Positions 1 to 9,699 are shown, counted from the stretch's first letter. The stretch is 58,372 nucleotides of DNA from Candidatus Micrarchaeota archaeon (GCA_021806095.1 JAJZYD010000001.1:1-58372), one strand, 5' to 3'. The notes: a model not told the origin generated them from the sequence alone. A program made the numbers and translations.

Positions 1-1
1 T

Positions 2-376
2 ACCAGCCACAATATAATAATAAATAATACCGTGAACGGCTATGTTAATGCTAATTCGTCAATATCTATCAATATCAACAGGCTTGTGTATATTAATTCT
101 TCAGCATCTCAATCAAGCTTCAATGCTACTGCAAGCTATTATACTGGTCCAAACGTTCCAAACACGATTACTGTAATAAGCGGTATGCCTAAAAATACTA
201 TAGGCTATTATATGGAGATAAGTCAAAATAAATTAATGGAATATAATTTTGCAACCTTAAACAACAACACAGTATGTTATATAAACATGCAAGTTAATGG
301 TAATACTATTTACAATCAAAACTTGGTAACCATGATTTCAACAACATTTATACCTATATGCATTAATGTGCATTGA
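2..376 (+). CDS. C-terminal end of an Asn/Ser/Thr-rich secreted or surface protein (5' partial, open to the window edge)
   Basis: The frame is open from position 2 with no stop before 374-376. Composition and N-x-S/T sequon density resemble the large surface proteins elsewhere in the window. No recognisable catalytic motifs. Confidence 0.4.
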   Translation, partial: TSHNIIINNTVNGYVNANSSISININRLVYINSSASQSSFNATASYYTGPNVPNTITVISGMPKNTIGYYMEISQNKLMEYNFATLNNNTVCYINMQVNGNTIYNQNLVTMISTTFIPICINVH

Positions 377-407
377 TCAGTGAACTGCCCTTGTGGGAGC
401 GGGTCTA

Positions 408-1064
408 TTAGTATTGACTTTCCAGTTTACCAGAATCTGCCAGTTTTTTGTACTTTCTAATAAAATTCAATACAGTAGACCTGGTGTGCTTATCGTAAAA
501 TTTCAGATATTTTTGTAATTTCTTTTTGTCTATAACTTTCAGCAATCCAGCATAATTTTGGATTGATAATTTTATTTTATAATAAAACAGATCTATCAAT
601 GTTTTTTCAGGGTCAGATACTGGAATATTTAATTTGTTATATTTTATAAAATCAATTCCAAAGAAATATTTGGCTGGTATATGGTGAATAAAAAAAATAG
701 TATTTTTGTCTTTAAACATGTTTGCATTAGACATCCTTACTTTTCTAATTGTAATAATATCTAATTTTGAGTTCTGCGTCCACAGATCTCTTATAGTTAG
801 AGCAGACAGCAGTCCATAATAAAATGGGCTATATGCAAAACCTATTACTAATTCATTATTATTGATAGTATAGACTCCCTTTCTTATAGTATATATCATT
901 TTCTTGCTCCTCATATAAGAAATCAATCTTGACAAGTTTTTTGTATTACTCTTAACCATTATTAAATAAAGCTTTACATCATTGTATGTAAATATAGGAT
1001 AATCCGCAAAGTGTTTAATTATCTTATTGATTATTGTCATTAACCCACTTTTTAAGTTTATCAA
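408..1064 (-). CDS. AbiEi-like antitoxin / COG5340-type transcriptional regulator
   Basis: N-terminal winged-helix-like segment (LSRLISYMRSKKMIYTIRKGVYTI). C-terminal block YYGLLSALTIRDLWTQ ... VSDPEKTLIDLFYY is typical of AbiEi C-domains. Overlaps the AbiEii-like gene. Confidence 0.6.
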   Translation of the reverse strand: MINLKSGLMTIINKIIKHFADYPIFTYNDVKLYLIMVKSNTKNLSRLISYMRSKKMIYTIRKGVYTINNNELVIGFAYSPFYYGLLSALTIRDLWTQNSKLDIITIRKVRMSNANMFKDKNTIFFIHHIPAKYFFGIDFIKYNKLNIPVSDPEKTLIDLFYYKIKLSIQNYAGLLKVIDKKKLQKYLKFYDKHTRSTVLNFIRKYKKLADSGKLESQY

Positions 1065-1716
1065 TTATAAAATCGAATGATGGTGGCACTCCAGAAATTA
1101 TTAAATGCCCCAAACTATTAATATCTACAGGAGGATGTTTTTTTATTTTATTGATTAATAATTTAAGCTTTTTAATTGTTGAAACATCTCTTTTTTTGAT
1201 TTGTGTAGTAAGATACCATATATCATATAAGTCATGTGCTTCTGGATGTTTAAAACTACCTTCGTTATCAAATTTATCATTATATGCTTCTATTTTCTCA
1301 TTTAATAGCTTGAGTGGATTTAATGATAAAATTATTATTTTACTTCCATCAACTTTCAAGTATTCTACTGGCGCACCTTTTTTATAATTAAAATTAATAT
1401 TTATTTTCATTTTAGTCTCAGCAATTTCAACCAAGAAATGCATAGTATTTGTAGAATTACTGTATCCTTTCTCTTTTATTACAAATCCATAATCTTGCAA
1501 AAACTTTGCAATTTCTTTATAATATTTCATTTTTTCTGTAATGTTTTTTGCATCTAAATAAAAATCAAGATCTCTAGAAAATCTGTTTCCAGAATAACAC
1601 CTCCATATTGCAGTTCCACCGTGCAATACAAGATGTATATATTTACCATACAAAAGTTCTATTATTGTATCCTCAAGCTTTGCTTTTTCAAGTTGTCCAG
1701 GATTTTTAAGGTTCAT
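1024..1716 (-). CDS. AbiEii/AbiGii-family nucleotidyltransferase toxin (DUF1814)
   Basis: LHGGTAIWRCYSGNRFSRDLDFY matches the GGTAL...R.S.DLDF signature of AbiEii nucleotidyltransferases. About 230 aa, paired with an AbiEi-like gene. Confidence 0.7.
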   Translation of the reverse strand: MNLKNPGQLEKAKLEDTIIELLYGKYIHLVLHGGTAIWRCYSGNRFSRDLDFYLDAKNITEKMKYYKEIAKFLQDYGFVIKEKGYSNSTNTMHFLVEIAETKMKININFNYKKGAPVEYLKVDGSKIIILSLNPLKLLNEKIEAYNDKFDNEGSFKHPEAHDLYDIWYLTTQIKKRDVSTIKKLKLLINKIKKHPPVDINSLGHLIISGVPPSFDFIIDKLKKWVNDNNQ

Positions 1717-1901
1717 TAAATAACCACAATTTATTACATATTTATGTAATAATATGCACTTATATATTTAGAAGCATTGTGGTTAAAAGTTAGAAAATTA
1801 TTGAAATGATTTTTTCTTAGGAGAAAGCCAAAACCATCATTTATATATTTTTAAGCTGTGTATAATTTATTATATATTTTATTGTTTCGCATTAATATAT
1901 T

Positions 1902-2816
1902 ATGCATAGTGATTCCATGGAAAATTATAATTTAGATAATCATAATAAGGATTATATTGAAATTATGGATAAATTTTATGGAATGATCTCAAAAAGCATC
2001 GCTATAAAGATTATGAAAGGAGAACTATTAATACAGCAAGACAATAAATTAGATAACCAAAAAGATAATGCAAATTCTAATAAAATTAATAAAATAGCAT
2101 TGGATGACACAACAGATGTTAAAAGTATAATAGAATTTATAAATACAAAAAGAAGCAAAATACTGAGTGGCTTTGATAATAAAGAAAATATGCAAAATGA
2201 AGAATCATATATTGTAAATGTTGAAGATGAAGTTTATAGAATATTCAATGCTGCTCCTACAAAAAATAGCAAAATAATAAGGAGGACAATAGTGCTAGGG
2301 CATGAAGGCAGCTCAATAAATCTAATAGTCCATAATAAGTTATCTGATTTTGTTGATGTTAATAGTATTGAAAGAGGTGATACCATATTAGTAAAAGGAG
2401 CTAAGCTCGACATCAAGCAGTCAATGCTGTTTGATCAAAAAAATACGTTGATATTAAAATTATTGCCATCGAAGCAGAAGATATACAATATAACGGAGCT
2501 GAATGAAAACATGAGAAATATTGATGTCATAGGCAGAGTTACAGAAATAAGCCCCATAAAATATGTAAATGGATTGGGGAATGATCAGATTGCAGTTGCA
2601 AACTGCATCATTAGCTTGAATAAAGAATCTATAAATGTATCATTGTGGGGCTCTTCTGCGCTTGCAACAGCAAAAATGAATCTGAACAATTACATAAAAA
2701 TAGAATTCTGTAATGTAAGGAAAAGGGCAGACAAGCTTGAAATAATAGCAAATGACTATTCAAGAGTATTAATAAACAATACTATAATTCAAAAAGTAAA
2801 AAAGATGGAGCGATGA
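1902..2816 (+). CDS. OB-fold protein, possible RPA-like ssDNA-binding protein
   Basis: Two segments follow the RPA/OB pattern (IIRRTIVLGHEGSSINLIVHN...GDTILVKGAKL and VIGRVTEISPIKYV...VANCIISLNKESINVSLWG). Low-complexity N-terminus. Translationally coupled (ATGA) to the next gene. Confidence 0.4.
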   Translation: MHSDSMENYNLDNHNKDYIEIMDKFYGMISKSIAIKIMKGELLIQQDNKLDNQKDNANSNKINKIALDDTTDVKSIIEFINTKRSKILSGFDNKENMQNEESYIVNVEDEVYRIFNAAPTKNSKIIRRTIVLGHEGSSINLIVHNKLSDFVDVNSIERGDTILVKGAKLDIKQSMLFDQKNTLILKLLPSKQKIYNITELNENMRNIDVIGRVTEISPIKYVNGLGNDQIAVANCIISLNKESINVSLWGSSALATAKMNLNNYIKIEFCNVRKRADKLEIIANDYSRVLINNTIIQKVKKMER

Positions 2817-3694
2817 TCAATAACAACTTGATAGAAATTGAGAACTTTGGATATGATAAATTGCATGCTTATTATAATATGGCTATTGATGAATGGCTGT
2901 TTAATTATATCGTAGAAAAAAATATAACTAATAAATTATTTGTAAGGACATATGATTTTTTAAGGTCAGCTGTAATACTTGGCAGGAATGATGATATATC
3001 AAATATTAAAAGATCAGATAATTACGAAAAAAATTATGATTTGACAAGAAGGGAAACAGGAGGTATGCCTATATATGTAGGAGACGAAACTTTTTCTTAT
3101 AGTATTATAGGCAATCTTTCATTCTTGAAGAATAATATAATAACAGTCGAAATACATAAGTTGCTGGGCCCTGTAATTGTTAATGCACTTGAAGAATTAA
3201 TTCCGCAAAATAAAGAGAAAGGAAATTTTGAAGTTGGTAATAAATATAGTATTAAATTTAAAAATAAACCTATAGCAGGCAATTCATCAAACATATCTAA
3301 TAAAACATTTTTATATCATGGTGTAATAACAGTATCAAAACTTGATGCAGATAAAATCTCGACTCTTATAAATTTAAATAAGGAAGATTATGAATCTATT
3401 AAGCAGCTTCCTTATTTGTCTGAAGAAGATTTAGCGGCCCCGCTAGACGCAATAGCCATAAAGGAGAAGCTAAAAAAGAGCATACCTTCAAACATTTGTA
3501 ACCTTCAAAAAAGTAGTAATAATACTGAAGGCAAAGAAGTTCAATTACATGAAATTGATAATAATTTTAAAAATTTAATACTTAAAAATGCTAATGTGAT
3601 TGCAGATAACAAATATAACAATAAAGAATGGATCAATAAAGATAAAGAGAATCTTAAAAGTGGCAGAGGGTATTGTTTGCTCTATCAAGGCTAA
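2813..3694 (+). CDS. Biotin/lipoate A/B protein ligase family protein (LplA-like, divergent)
   Basis: RSAVILGRNDD, RRETGGMPIYVGD (compare RRxSGGGAVxHD) and KNKPIAGNS (compare KISGSA) fit the LplA/BPL_LplA_LipB fold. The nucleotide-binding motif is degenerate. Confidence 0.45.
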   Translation: MINNNLIEIENFGYDKLHAYYNMAIDEWLFNYIVEKNITNKLFVRTYDFLRSAVILGRNDDISNIKRSDNYEKNYDLTRRETGGMPIYVGDETFSYSIIGNLSFLKNNIITVEIHKLLGPVIVNALEELIPQNKEKGNFEVGNKYSIKFKNKPIAGNSSNISNKTFLYHGVITVSKLDADKISTLINLNKEDYESIKQLPYLSEEDLAAPLDAIAIKEKLKKSIPSNICNLQKSSNNTEGKEVQLHEIDNNFKNLILKNANVIADNKYNNKEWINKDKENLKSGRGYCLLYQG

Positions 3695-3848
3695 TACTAT
3701 AAAGTCTATTTTTACAAATTTGCCTTTCTATACTTTCTCATTGTCTAAAATATTTTTTAATTTATAGTTAGTTATTTGTCTAATTATATTTCGTCTTTTT
3801 AAATATTTGTTTTAATATCTTGATATAACTTTATTTTGTGGGATTTAT

Positions 3849-5468
3849 ATGGAAATAAATAAAAATGAAACATATAATAAAAAAAATGAAGAAGATAAAA
3901 AGTTTGGAGTAAACTTTTTTTCTATAACAACACCGGCAACATTTATCAGTGCAGAAGAGCTTGGCAAAGCGCTAAACGAAGATTCAAATAAAATATCAAA
4001 AGGTCTTGGATTTTCTGAGATTCATCTCCCAACTTTTTCAACAAGCAATGTAACAATGACTGCAGATGTTCTTTATGATTTTATAAAAAGTATTGCAGAA
4101 GATAAAAAACAATCAGAAAAATTCTTTGATGAGCCAATCAAAGAGATCTATTTTGCAACTGAGAGCAATGATGATTTGAGCAGACCTGAAGTAAGTGTCG
4201 CACTCTCTATAGTTTATTCAAAACTGCTAAGTGAAGATGAGCATAAATATAGGCCATATATAGAGACTTTCAAACGTAGTGAGGTTAAGCAGGTAACCTT
4301 TGCGTGTGCTGGTGGTGGTTTATCATTGACTGATGCAGTCTCAAGATCAGCACTTGCTTACAAACTTGGAAGAAAGGAATCTGCTATTGTAATAACTTCA
4401 GATACCGCTGTATACGACGCAAAAAGAGCACCAAAAGCAGAGACAACACAAGGAGCAGCAACAGCTTTATTATGGATTACATCAGATCCAGCTCTTGAAA
4501 GTATAGACTATGTTACTGGATTTTCGGCATTCAATCTTCCATTCTCAGATTTTACTAAATTCGGAGATAGAACTCCGAAAGTTTATGGTGTATTTTCTGA
4601 GAGAGGTTATGTATATGGAGCTGCTGAAGTTGTTATGGATATTGAAAGAAAATTTAAAAAGAATAATAAGAAGCTTACTGATTTAGATTTTTTGATTGCA
4701 CATGTACCTTTTCCAAAGCAGGCTATATATTTTGCCACATTCCTTTTTGAGCACCATATAAAGACAAACCAAAAAGAATTCTTTGAAGAGCTGCAGAAAA
4801 GAATAGGCAGTGATCCTTTATCTTATAATCATTTTGTAGATATAATGGATAAAAAATTTAAATCGTTTGATCAAAGCAAGCACGGCAGCATTGTTGATTA
4901 TATATCAAACGATGAAGAGATAACTGCATTCTGGAAATGGCTTGCAAAGATAAGGGAAATAAATAAAAGTAATGGAGAATTTAAAATAAAGGAATTTGAA
5001 AATTTCTTAAGGAGATATAATATTCCAGATGCGCTTGAACTGCCTTCTCATGTTGGAAACTCTTATACAAGCTCAGTAATAATATCAAATGCAAGTTTGC
5101 TAAATAGCTTTATAAAAAAAGGCGTGAAAGAAGCAAAGAAAGGTATAATAATATCTTACGGCAGTGGTAAAGTTATTGTTGGAATACCTATTGAAATAAA
5201 TATTAAGAATAGCAATAATCTACATATCAACAACATAGAAAACAATACAATTCCATTGAAGGCTTCGCAATATGAACTCATACATGACAATCTCATCAAA
5301 GGAGATGCAGCAAGGACTATTGTAGATATAAACCTTCTTGAGATTGACAAAAAGCTTTTAGAAAAGCTTCCCGATGGATTTCACTTGTTGAGAAGGTATG
5401 AGGATGGAACAGCAGATGCAGTCTATGTAAAGAACAACAAGATCGAGGAAATAAAACCACGTTATTGA
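3849..5468 (+). CDS. Hydroxymethylglutaryl-CoA synthase-like thiolase-fold enzyme (long form)
   Basis: Active-site-like FACAGGG, TQGAATALL, HVPFPKQ and GNSYTSSV (compare N-x-YT-x-S) motifs of HMGCS/MvaS. C-terminal L-x-x-Y...RRY-type tail. 539 aa with insertions. Confidence 0.55.
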   Translation: MEINKNETYNKKNEEDKKFGVNFFSITTPATFISAEELGKALNEDSNKISKGLGFSEIHLPTFSTSNVTMTADVLYDFIKSIAEDKKQSEKFFDEPIKEIYFATESNDDLSRPEVSVALSIVYSKLLSEDEHKYRPYIETFKRSEVKQVTFACAGGGLSLTDAVSRSALAYKLGRKESAIVITSDTAVYDAKRAPKAETTQGAATALLWITSDPALESIDYVTGFSAFNLPFSDFTKFGDRTPKVYGVFSERGYVYGAAEVVMDIERKFKKNNKKLTDLDFLIAHVPFPKQAIYFATFLFEHHIKTNQKEFFEELQKRIGSDPLSYNHFVDIMDKKFKSFDQSKHGSIVDYISNDEEITAFWKWLAKIREINKSNGEFKIKEFENFLRRYNIPDALELPSHVGNSYTSSVIISNASLLNSFIKKGVKEAKKGIIISYGSGKVIVGIPIEINIKNSNNLHINNIENNTIPLKASQYELIHDNLIKGDAARTIVDINLLEIDKKLLEKLPDGFHLLRRYEDGTADAVYVKNNKIEEIKPRY

Positions 5469-5671
5469 GTTTATTTGATTTTATAAATATTTTATTTAAT
5501 ATAAATTTAATATAAAAATTATTAAACTATTTGTCAACCATCCTGCATTTTCAAAAAATAGTCAACTTAAAAGCTTGAAAGTGCAAATTGCCAGAAATAA
5601 AATTAATTAAATAAATCCCAAAAAAACTTGTATTTTTATATTTTACGTTTAAAATCATATCGTAGATTTTT

Positions 5672-6247
5672 ATGGGATTATTGCTTTATAGTATTATAGG
5701 CATAATATTGGCTATAGTAATAATAATATTTATAGTAATATATAACGTGTTAGTTTCATTGAGAAGAAATGTTGATAAAGCATGGGCTGATATAGATGTT
5801 TTATTGCAGAAAAGGCACGATGTACTTACAAAACTGATTGACACTGTCAGTGGGTATATGAAATATGAGAAGGGATTAATGACCCAGATAACGCAGCTTA
5901 GGAGCGAGTGGATGAATATACCTCAAAATGATGTACAATCAAAGATTAATGCTTCAAACAAAATTTCTGGCGCGCTTAAGTCTATCTTTGCAGTTGCTGA
6001 AAATTATCCAGATCTTAAGGCAGATAATAACTTCATACAACTCCAGCAATCCATAACAGAGCTTGAATCTCAAATTGCAGATGCAAGAGAATTCTATAAT
6101 GACAGTGTTACACAGTTTAATATAAGAATAAAGCAAATACCATACAACATATTCGTAGGCATGCTTGGCTATAATACTATGCCTCTTTTCCAAGTATCTT
6201 CAGAAGAAAAAGCAGATGGAAAAATAAATTTAAATACAAATAATTAG
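5672..6247 (+). CDS. lemA: LemA family protein
   Basis: Single N-terminal TM followed by the LemA signature blocks (RRNVDKAWADIDVLLQKRHD, AENYPDLKADNNFIQLQ, REFYNDSV..FN..I...P). Confidence 0.9.
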   Translation: MGLLLYSIIGIILAIVIIIFIVIYNVLVSLRRNVDKAWADIDVLLQKRHDVLTKLIDTVSGYMKYEKGLMTQITQLRSEWMNIPQNDVQSKINASNKISGALKSIFAVAENYPDLKADNNFIQLQQSITELESQIADAREFYNDSVTQFNIRIKQIPYNIFVGMLGYNTMPLFQVSSEEKADGKINLNTNN

Positions 6248-6256
6248 ATGATGTAA

Positions 6257-7885
6257 ATGGTAGATAATAACGCAGATAAATTTACAGGTTCAAATCCTGC
6301 AGATGCCCAAAACCAAAGTGCACCTGATGCAGGCAGCCAACAATCACAAAAATTAAATCCTATTGCCAATAAAATAAAGCTTCTGCAATATGATAAGCAA
6401 ATGGACCTTTCTTCGACCAATACTGAATTTCTGCAGTATACTCCAAAATACGCAGCAGATGTAAAAGCAAAAAACATGGATTATAACTTGCTGTATATTA
6501 TTTTAGGTATTATGCTTATTGCACCTGTAATTGATTTTATATCTATACTTTATGCACAACATTATTCTTCTTACACTTACCCTGCTATAGATAATTTCTC
6601 AACACTTACAACACTTATGATAGAATTTTTCATTGCTGGAATTATATCTATTTATATAGGTTTCAAGAAATTCTCACTTGAGCAAATACTTTCTTCAACT
6701 CCAGTAATAAAAATTGATGTTGCTACTTATAATTTAAACAAGATGCAAGGAAAATTCACTCCATATAAAAATCAGCCACTGAAAGCACCGATTAGCGGTG
6801 CAGAATGTGTTTATTATGCAGTAAACATATATGCAACTTTCCAAAAAGGCAAACCTGTTGTTTTAGGAACAGTTGATAATGGTGTTCCAACACTTTTTAC
6901 TGATGGAAGCGGTTATCTTGCAATTGATATGATAAAAGCCCGCAATGTGGAGACTTTTTTTAATGAATTTATAATATACAAAGAAGGCCTCTCTGGAATT
7001 TTGAATCTTACCCTTGCTACGTTTACTTCTGAAGGTTTTAAAGAGGGTAAACAGTTAGCTGCTGAACTCCTTCCACAAATTATAGAAGCAACTAAAAATA
7101 ATAAAACTGTTAATCTTTCACAGATACCTGGCTTCAAATTTACTCAACATTTCAACAACTGTGTTGTAGACCTTAAAGCAGGCGTACCTATTTATTCTAA
7201 TCAAAATTTTGCTTATTTCCTCGTAGAAAATTATATACCAATAAATTCGGATTATACGTGCCTTGGCGGAGCAGCCGATTCAAACAAAAGCATAGAGGAC
7301 AAACCTGTAAAAATATTAACTCCTGATCAGAGCAGAGGGATTATGGCCGTTAAAGCAGAAGCAACTCAAAATATTGCTAAGAGCATGAACAAAACCAGTA
7401 CGTTAAATTTTATTTTTGGCGTACTTTTTATTATAGCTGCCCTTTATATACTTTCTGTTGTTCTTAGAATACCTTCAACTACCCCAACAAATGTTAATAA
7501 TACAATAGCAACAACAATACCAATAACAACCGCATCAACATCACCCCAATCGCAACCACCAAAGACTTTAATAGCCAATAGCAGCTGTAGCAATCTCTTT
7601 GTTTCTGAACCTACCTGGGATACAAAGGAAAGCAGTATATGTTCATGGAGTGGTGGAAACGTAAAAATTTTAGCTGGAGGTGGTATTTCAGGATATGTAT
7701 CAGTAGAAATAATTGGTAGTGATGGCAAGACTTACTTCAACAATAGTACAACAAATTGGTGTCCTGCGCAGATTGGAAATGTTTACTTACCACCACAAAA
7801 TTACAGCATTACTATATTCTCAGGTAAAGGGGGTGGTAATTGTAATAGCAATCCAAATGCTACAGTATTGCTTTCTCCAAACTAG
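6257..7885 (+). CDS. Polytopic membrane protein, GIDE-like domain, with a Thr/Pro-rich linker and a Cys-containing extracellular tail
   Basis: Lies immediately after lemA, the usual LemA-GIDE pairing. The PISGAECVYY motif resembles the GIDE (PF12483) core. TM segments near residues 80-130 and about 390-410. Confidence 0.4.
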   Translation: MVDNNADKFTGSNPADAQNQSAPDAGSQQSQKLNPIANKIKLLQYDKQMDLSSTNTEFLQYTPKYAADVKAKNMDYNLLYIILGIMLIAPVIDFISILYAQHYSSYTYPAIDNFSTLTTLMIEFFIAGIISIYIGFKKFSLEQILSSTPVIKIDVATYNLNKMQGKFTPYKNQPLKAPISGAECVYYAVNIYATFQKGKPVVLGTVDNGVPTLFTDGSGYLAIDMIKARNVETFFNEFIIYKEGLSGILNLTLATFTSEGFKEGKQLAAELLPQIIEATKNNKTVNLSQIPGFKFTQHFNNCVVDLKAGVPIYSNQNFAYFLVENYIPINSDYTCLGGAADSNKSIEDKPVKILTPDQSRGIMAVKAEATQNIAKSMNKTSTLNFIFGVLFIIAALYILSVVLRIPSTTPTNVNNTIATTIPITTASTSPQSQPPKTLIANSSCSNLFVSEPTWDTKESSICSWSGGNVKILAGGGISGYVSVEIIGSDGKTYFNNSTTNWCPAQIGNVYLPPQNYSITIFSGKGGGNCNSNPNATVLLSPN

Positions 7886-7925
7886 CAACAATTTAAGATA
7901 AAAGAAAAAGAAAGAAGTAACATAC

Positions 7926-7997
7926 GCCTTGGCCGGGATTCGAACCCGGGTCACAAGCGTGACAGGCTCGTATGCTAGACCACTACACTACCAAGGC
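7926..7997 (-). tRNA. tRNA-Asp (anticodon GUC)
   Basis: The reverse complement GCCTTGG-TA-GTGT-AGTGGTCTA-GCAT-A-CGAGC-CTGTCAC-GCTTG-TGAC-CCGGG-TTCGAAT-CCCGG-CCAAGGC folds as a canonical cloverleaf. Anticodon loop is CU-GUC-AC. No encoded CCA. Confidence 0.92.
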
Positions 7998-8063
7998 ACG
8001 TTTATTTTTTCTTCTTCTTTTTCTTATTATTCTATTTCTTATTATTTTTATGTCTTTCGAAAT

Positions 8064-8164
8064 CCCGTTGGGGAGATTTGAACTCCCAGCCTATCGGTAT
8101 CCAACATGTTGTACATGCTGCAAACAAACTACAGCCGATCGCTCTGCCATTGAGCTACAACGGG
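8064..8164 (-). tRNA. tRNA-Tyr (anticodon GUA) with an approximately 30-nt intron after position 37
   Basis: Reverse complement: CCCGTTG-TA-GCTC-AATGGCA-GAGC-G-ATCGG-CTGTAG[tttgtttgcagcatgtacaacatgttggat]A-CCGAT-AGGCT-GGGAG-TTCAAAT-CTCCC-CAACGGG. All four stems pair. The mature length is 71 nt once the 30 nt are removed. Confidence 0.88.
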
Positions 8165-8646
8165 TTTTTATATAAATAAATTTTAGATAGACAAAATTAA
8201 CGTTGATAAAAATTAATATTAAATTTATGAAACAATATATTAATAAATATTACCAAATGCGACTAATCCAACATCAAATAAAGTATCAAAAAAGATACAA
8301 TAAATATAATCAAAACATAAACAGCAGAAGATATTAATAAGTTTTCGATAATAATATATTCTTATATATTATAACATTAATATTATTTAGCATATATCAG
8401 TGTTTTAGTATTCTTATTTGTAAAAACACAAAAATTTATTAATAAAATAAGTGGAAAATTCTGCATTCATCGATTTGCATAATGCGGTAACTATATGATA
8501 CCACATGTTTTAGCAGTAAGGATGCTATGAAGCACAAATTGCAAAAATATAAATATTGCTATTATAATAACAATATAAAATAATAATATAAAATAATATA
8601 ATAAAATAACAATATAAAAAATAAATAGATTTATTAAGGGATTTAT

Positions 8647-9057
8647 ATGGCAAATATATTTGAAGTAAAAAGTTCAGAATTAGTTAAGCTTGCTGCTGAA
8701 AGGCTTAAAACAAAAATAACAAAGCCGGAATATATTAATTATGTAAAGTCCGGAGCAGGCAATGAAAGACCTCCATTAGATGCTGATTTCTTTTATATAA
8801 GAACAGCTTCAATATTAAGGCAGATTTATATCAATGGACCTGTCGGTGTATCAAAACTTAGGGTGCGATATGGTACAAGAAAAGAGCATTCAGTGCACAG
8901 AAGACATATAGTAAAAGCAGGAGGAAGCATTATTAGAGATGCTTTTGCAGCTTTAGAATCCTTAAATTATGTTAAAAAAACAAAGCGCGGCAGAGTTATA
9001 ATGCCTGCTGGCAAATCCTTCTTAGATAAACTTAGCAATGAATTAGTGAAGAAATAA
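8647..9057 (+). CDS. rps19e: 30S ribosomal protein S19e
   Basis: Full-length similarity to archaeal eS19 (VKSGAGNERPP, FYIRTASILRQIY, GVSKLRVRYG, HRRHIVKAGGSIIR). SD-like GGG before the ATG. Confidence 0.93.
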   Translation: MANIFEVKSSELVKLAAERLKTKITKPEYINYVKSGAGNERPPLDADFFYIRTASILRQIYINGPVGVSKLRVRYGTRKEHSVHRRHIVKAGGSIIRDAFAALESLNYVKKTKRGRVIMPAGKSFLDKLSNELVKK

Positions 9058-9074
9058 TTCAAAAATATATAAAA

Positions 9075-9416
9075 ATGAAGCAAGGCGATATTTTGCAGGA
9101 TGATGAAGGTAATAATTATGAAGATGAGCCAGAGGAAGCAAGGCTCAAGAAGGCGCTTACTGAACAGTATAAGAGGCTCCAACTCGAGCAGCAGAAAAAG
9201 GAGATTGTACATTCACTGCTTGATCAAGAAGCTTTTGACAGACTTATGAATATAAGACTTTCCAATCCAGAATTATACACACAGCTTGTTGATTTGCTGA
9301 TATCGTTTGCTCAGAACGGAAGGCTTCAAACGAAGATGAATGTAAAGCAGTTCCTTGCGCTGATTCAGAAATTAACATATAAGCCAGATACAGAGATAAG
9401 CTTCAAACACAAATAA
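9075..9416 (+). CDS. PDCD5/TFAR19-like dsDNA-binding protein
   Basis: LLDQEAFDRLMNIRLSNPELYTQLVDLLISFAQNGRL is the conserved PF01984 core. Sits in the usual archaeal position between rps19e and rpl39e. Confidence 0.8.
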   Translation: MKQGDILQDDEGNNYEDEPEEARLKKALTEQYKRLQLEQQKKEIVHSLLDQEAFDRLMNIRLSNPELYTQLVDLLISFAQNGRLQTKMNVKQFLALIQKLTYKPDTEISFKHK

Positions 9417-9537
9417 TGATTTAGAAAGAATAGAAATATTAATATATTATTATAATGGAAAGTTAAGATATTTAACAAATTTAAATAAATTAAAAAAATA
9501 TTAATTATAGACATTAATCAATAACAAGGTGTTTATT

Positions 9538-9699
9538 TTGTCAAAGAAAACAAGAATTAAAAAATTAAAGCTTGGAAAAGAGCTTAAGAAATCAAGAAGA
9601 ATACCGGTACTTGCAGTAGTTAGGACTCATAGAAGATTACAGAGCAACCTTTTTGGAAGAAATTGGAGAAGAACTAAGCTTCGCATAAAGGATGAATAA
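9538..9699 (+). CDS. rpl39e: 50S ribosomal protein L39e (not in the ORF track, 53 aa)
   Basis: Own translation: (M)SKKTRIKKLKLGKELKKSRRIPVLAVVRTHRRLQSNLFGRNWRRTKLRIKDE*. This matches the eL39 pattern (K..LAK..KQNR.VP.W....T.R.......RR.WRR.KL). TTG start after AAGGTG; an in-frame GTG at 9529 is the alternative start. Confidence 0.85.
   Translation: MSKKTRIKKLKLGKELKKSRRIPVLAVVRTHRRLQSNLFGRNWRRTKLRIKDE

Noticed and set aside
7972-8175. 67-aa ORF on the plus strand
   Set aside because: It lies entirely across the tRNA-Asp and tRNA-Tyr genes and their T-rich spacer on the opposite strand. Its hydrophobic product is a translation artefact of tRNA/spacer sequence.
8226-8336. 36-aa basic mini-ORF (MKQYINKYYQMRLIQHQIKYQKRYNKYNQNINSRRY)
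   Set aside because: No SD motif. The composition is what AT-rich noncoding DNA yields by chance, and it has no resemblance to small ribosomal proteins.
8540-8630. Possible CRISPR or tandem repeat (repeated ataaaataa/aacaatataaaa words)
   Set aside because: These are only short, imperfect A/T-word reiterations with no regular repeat-spacer structure. This is low-complexity promoter-region DNA. No CRISPR array exists anywhere in the window.
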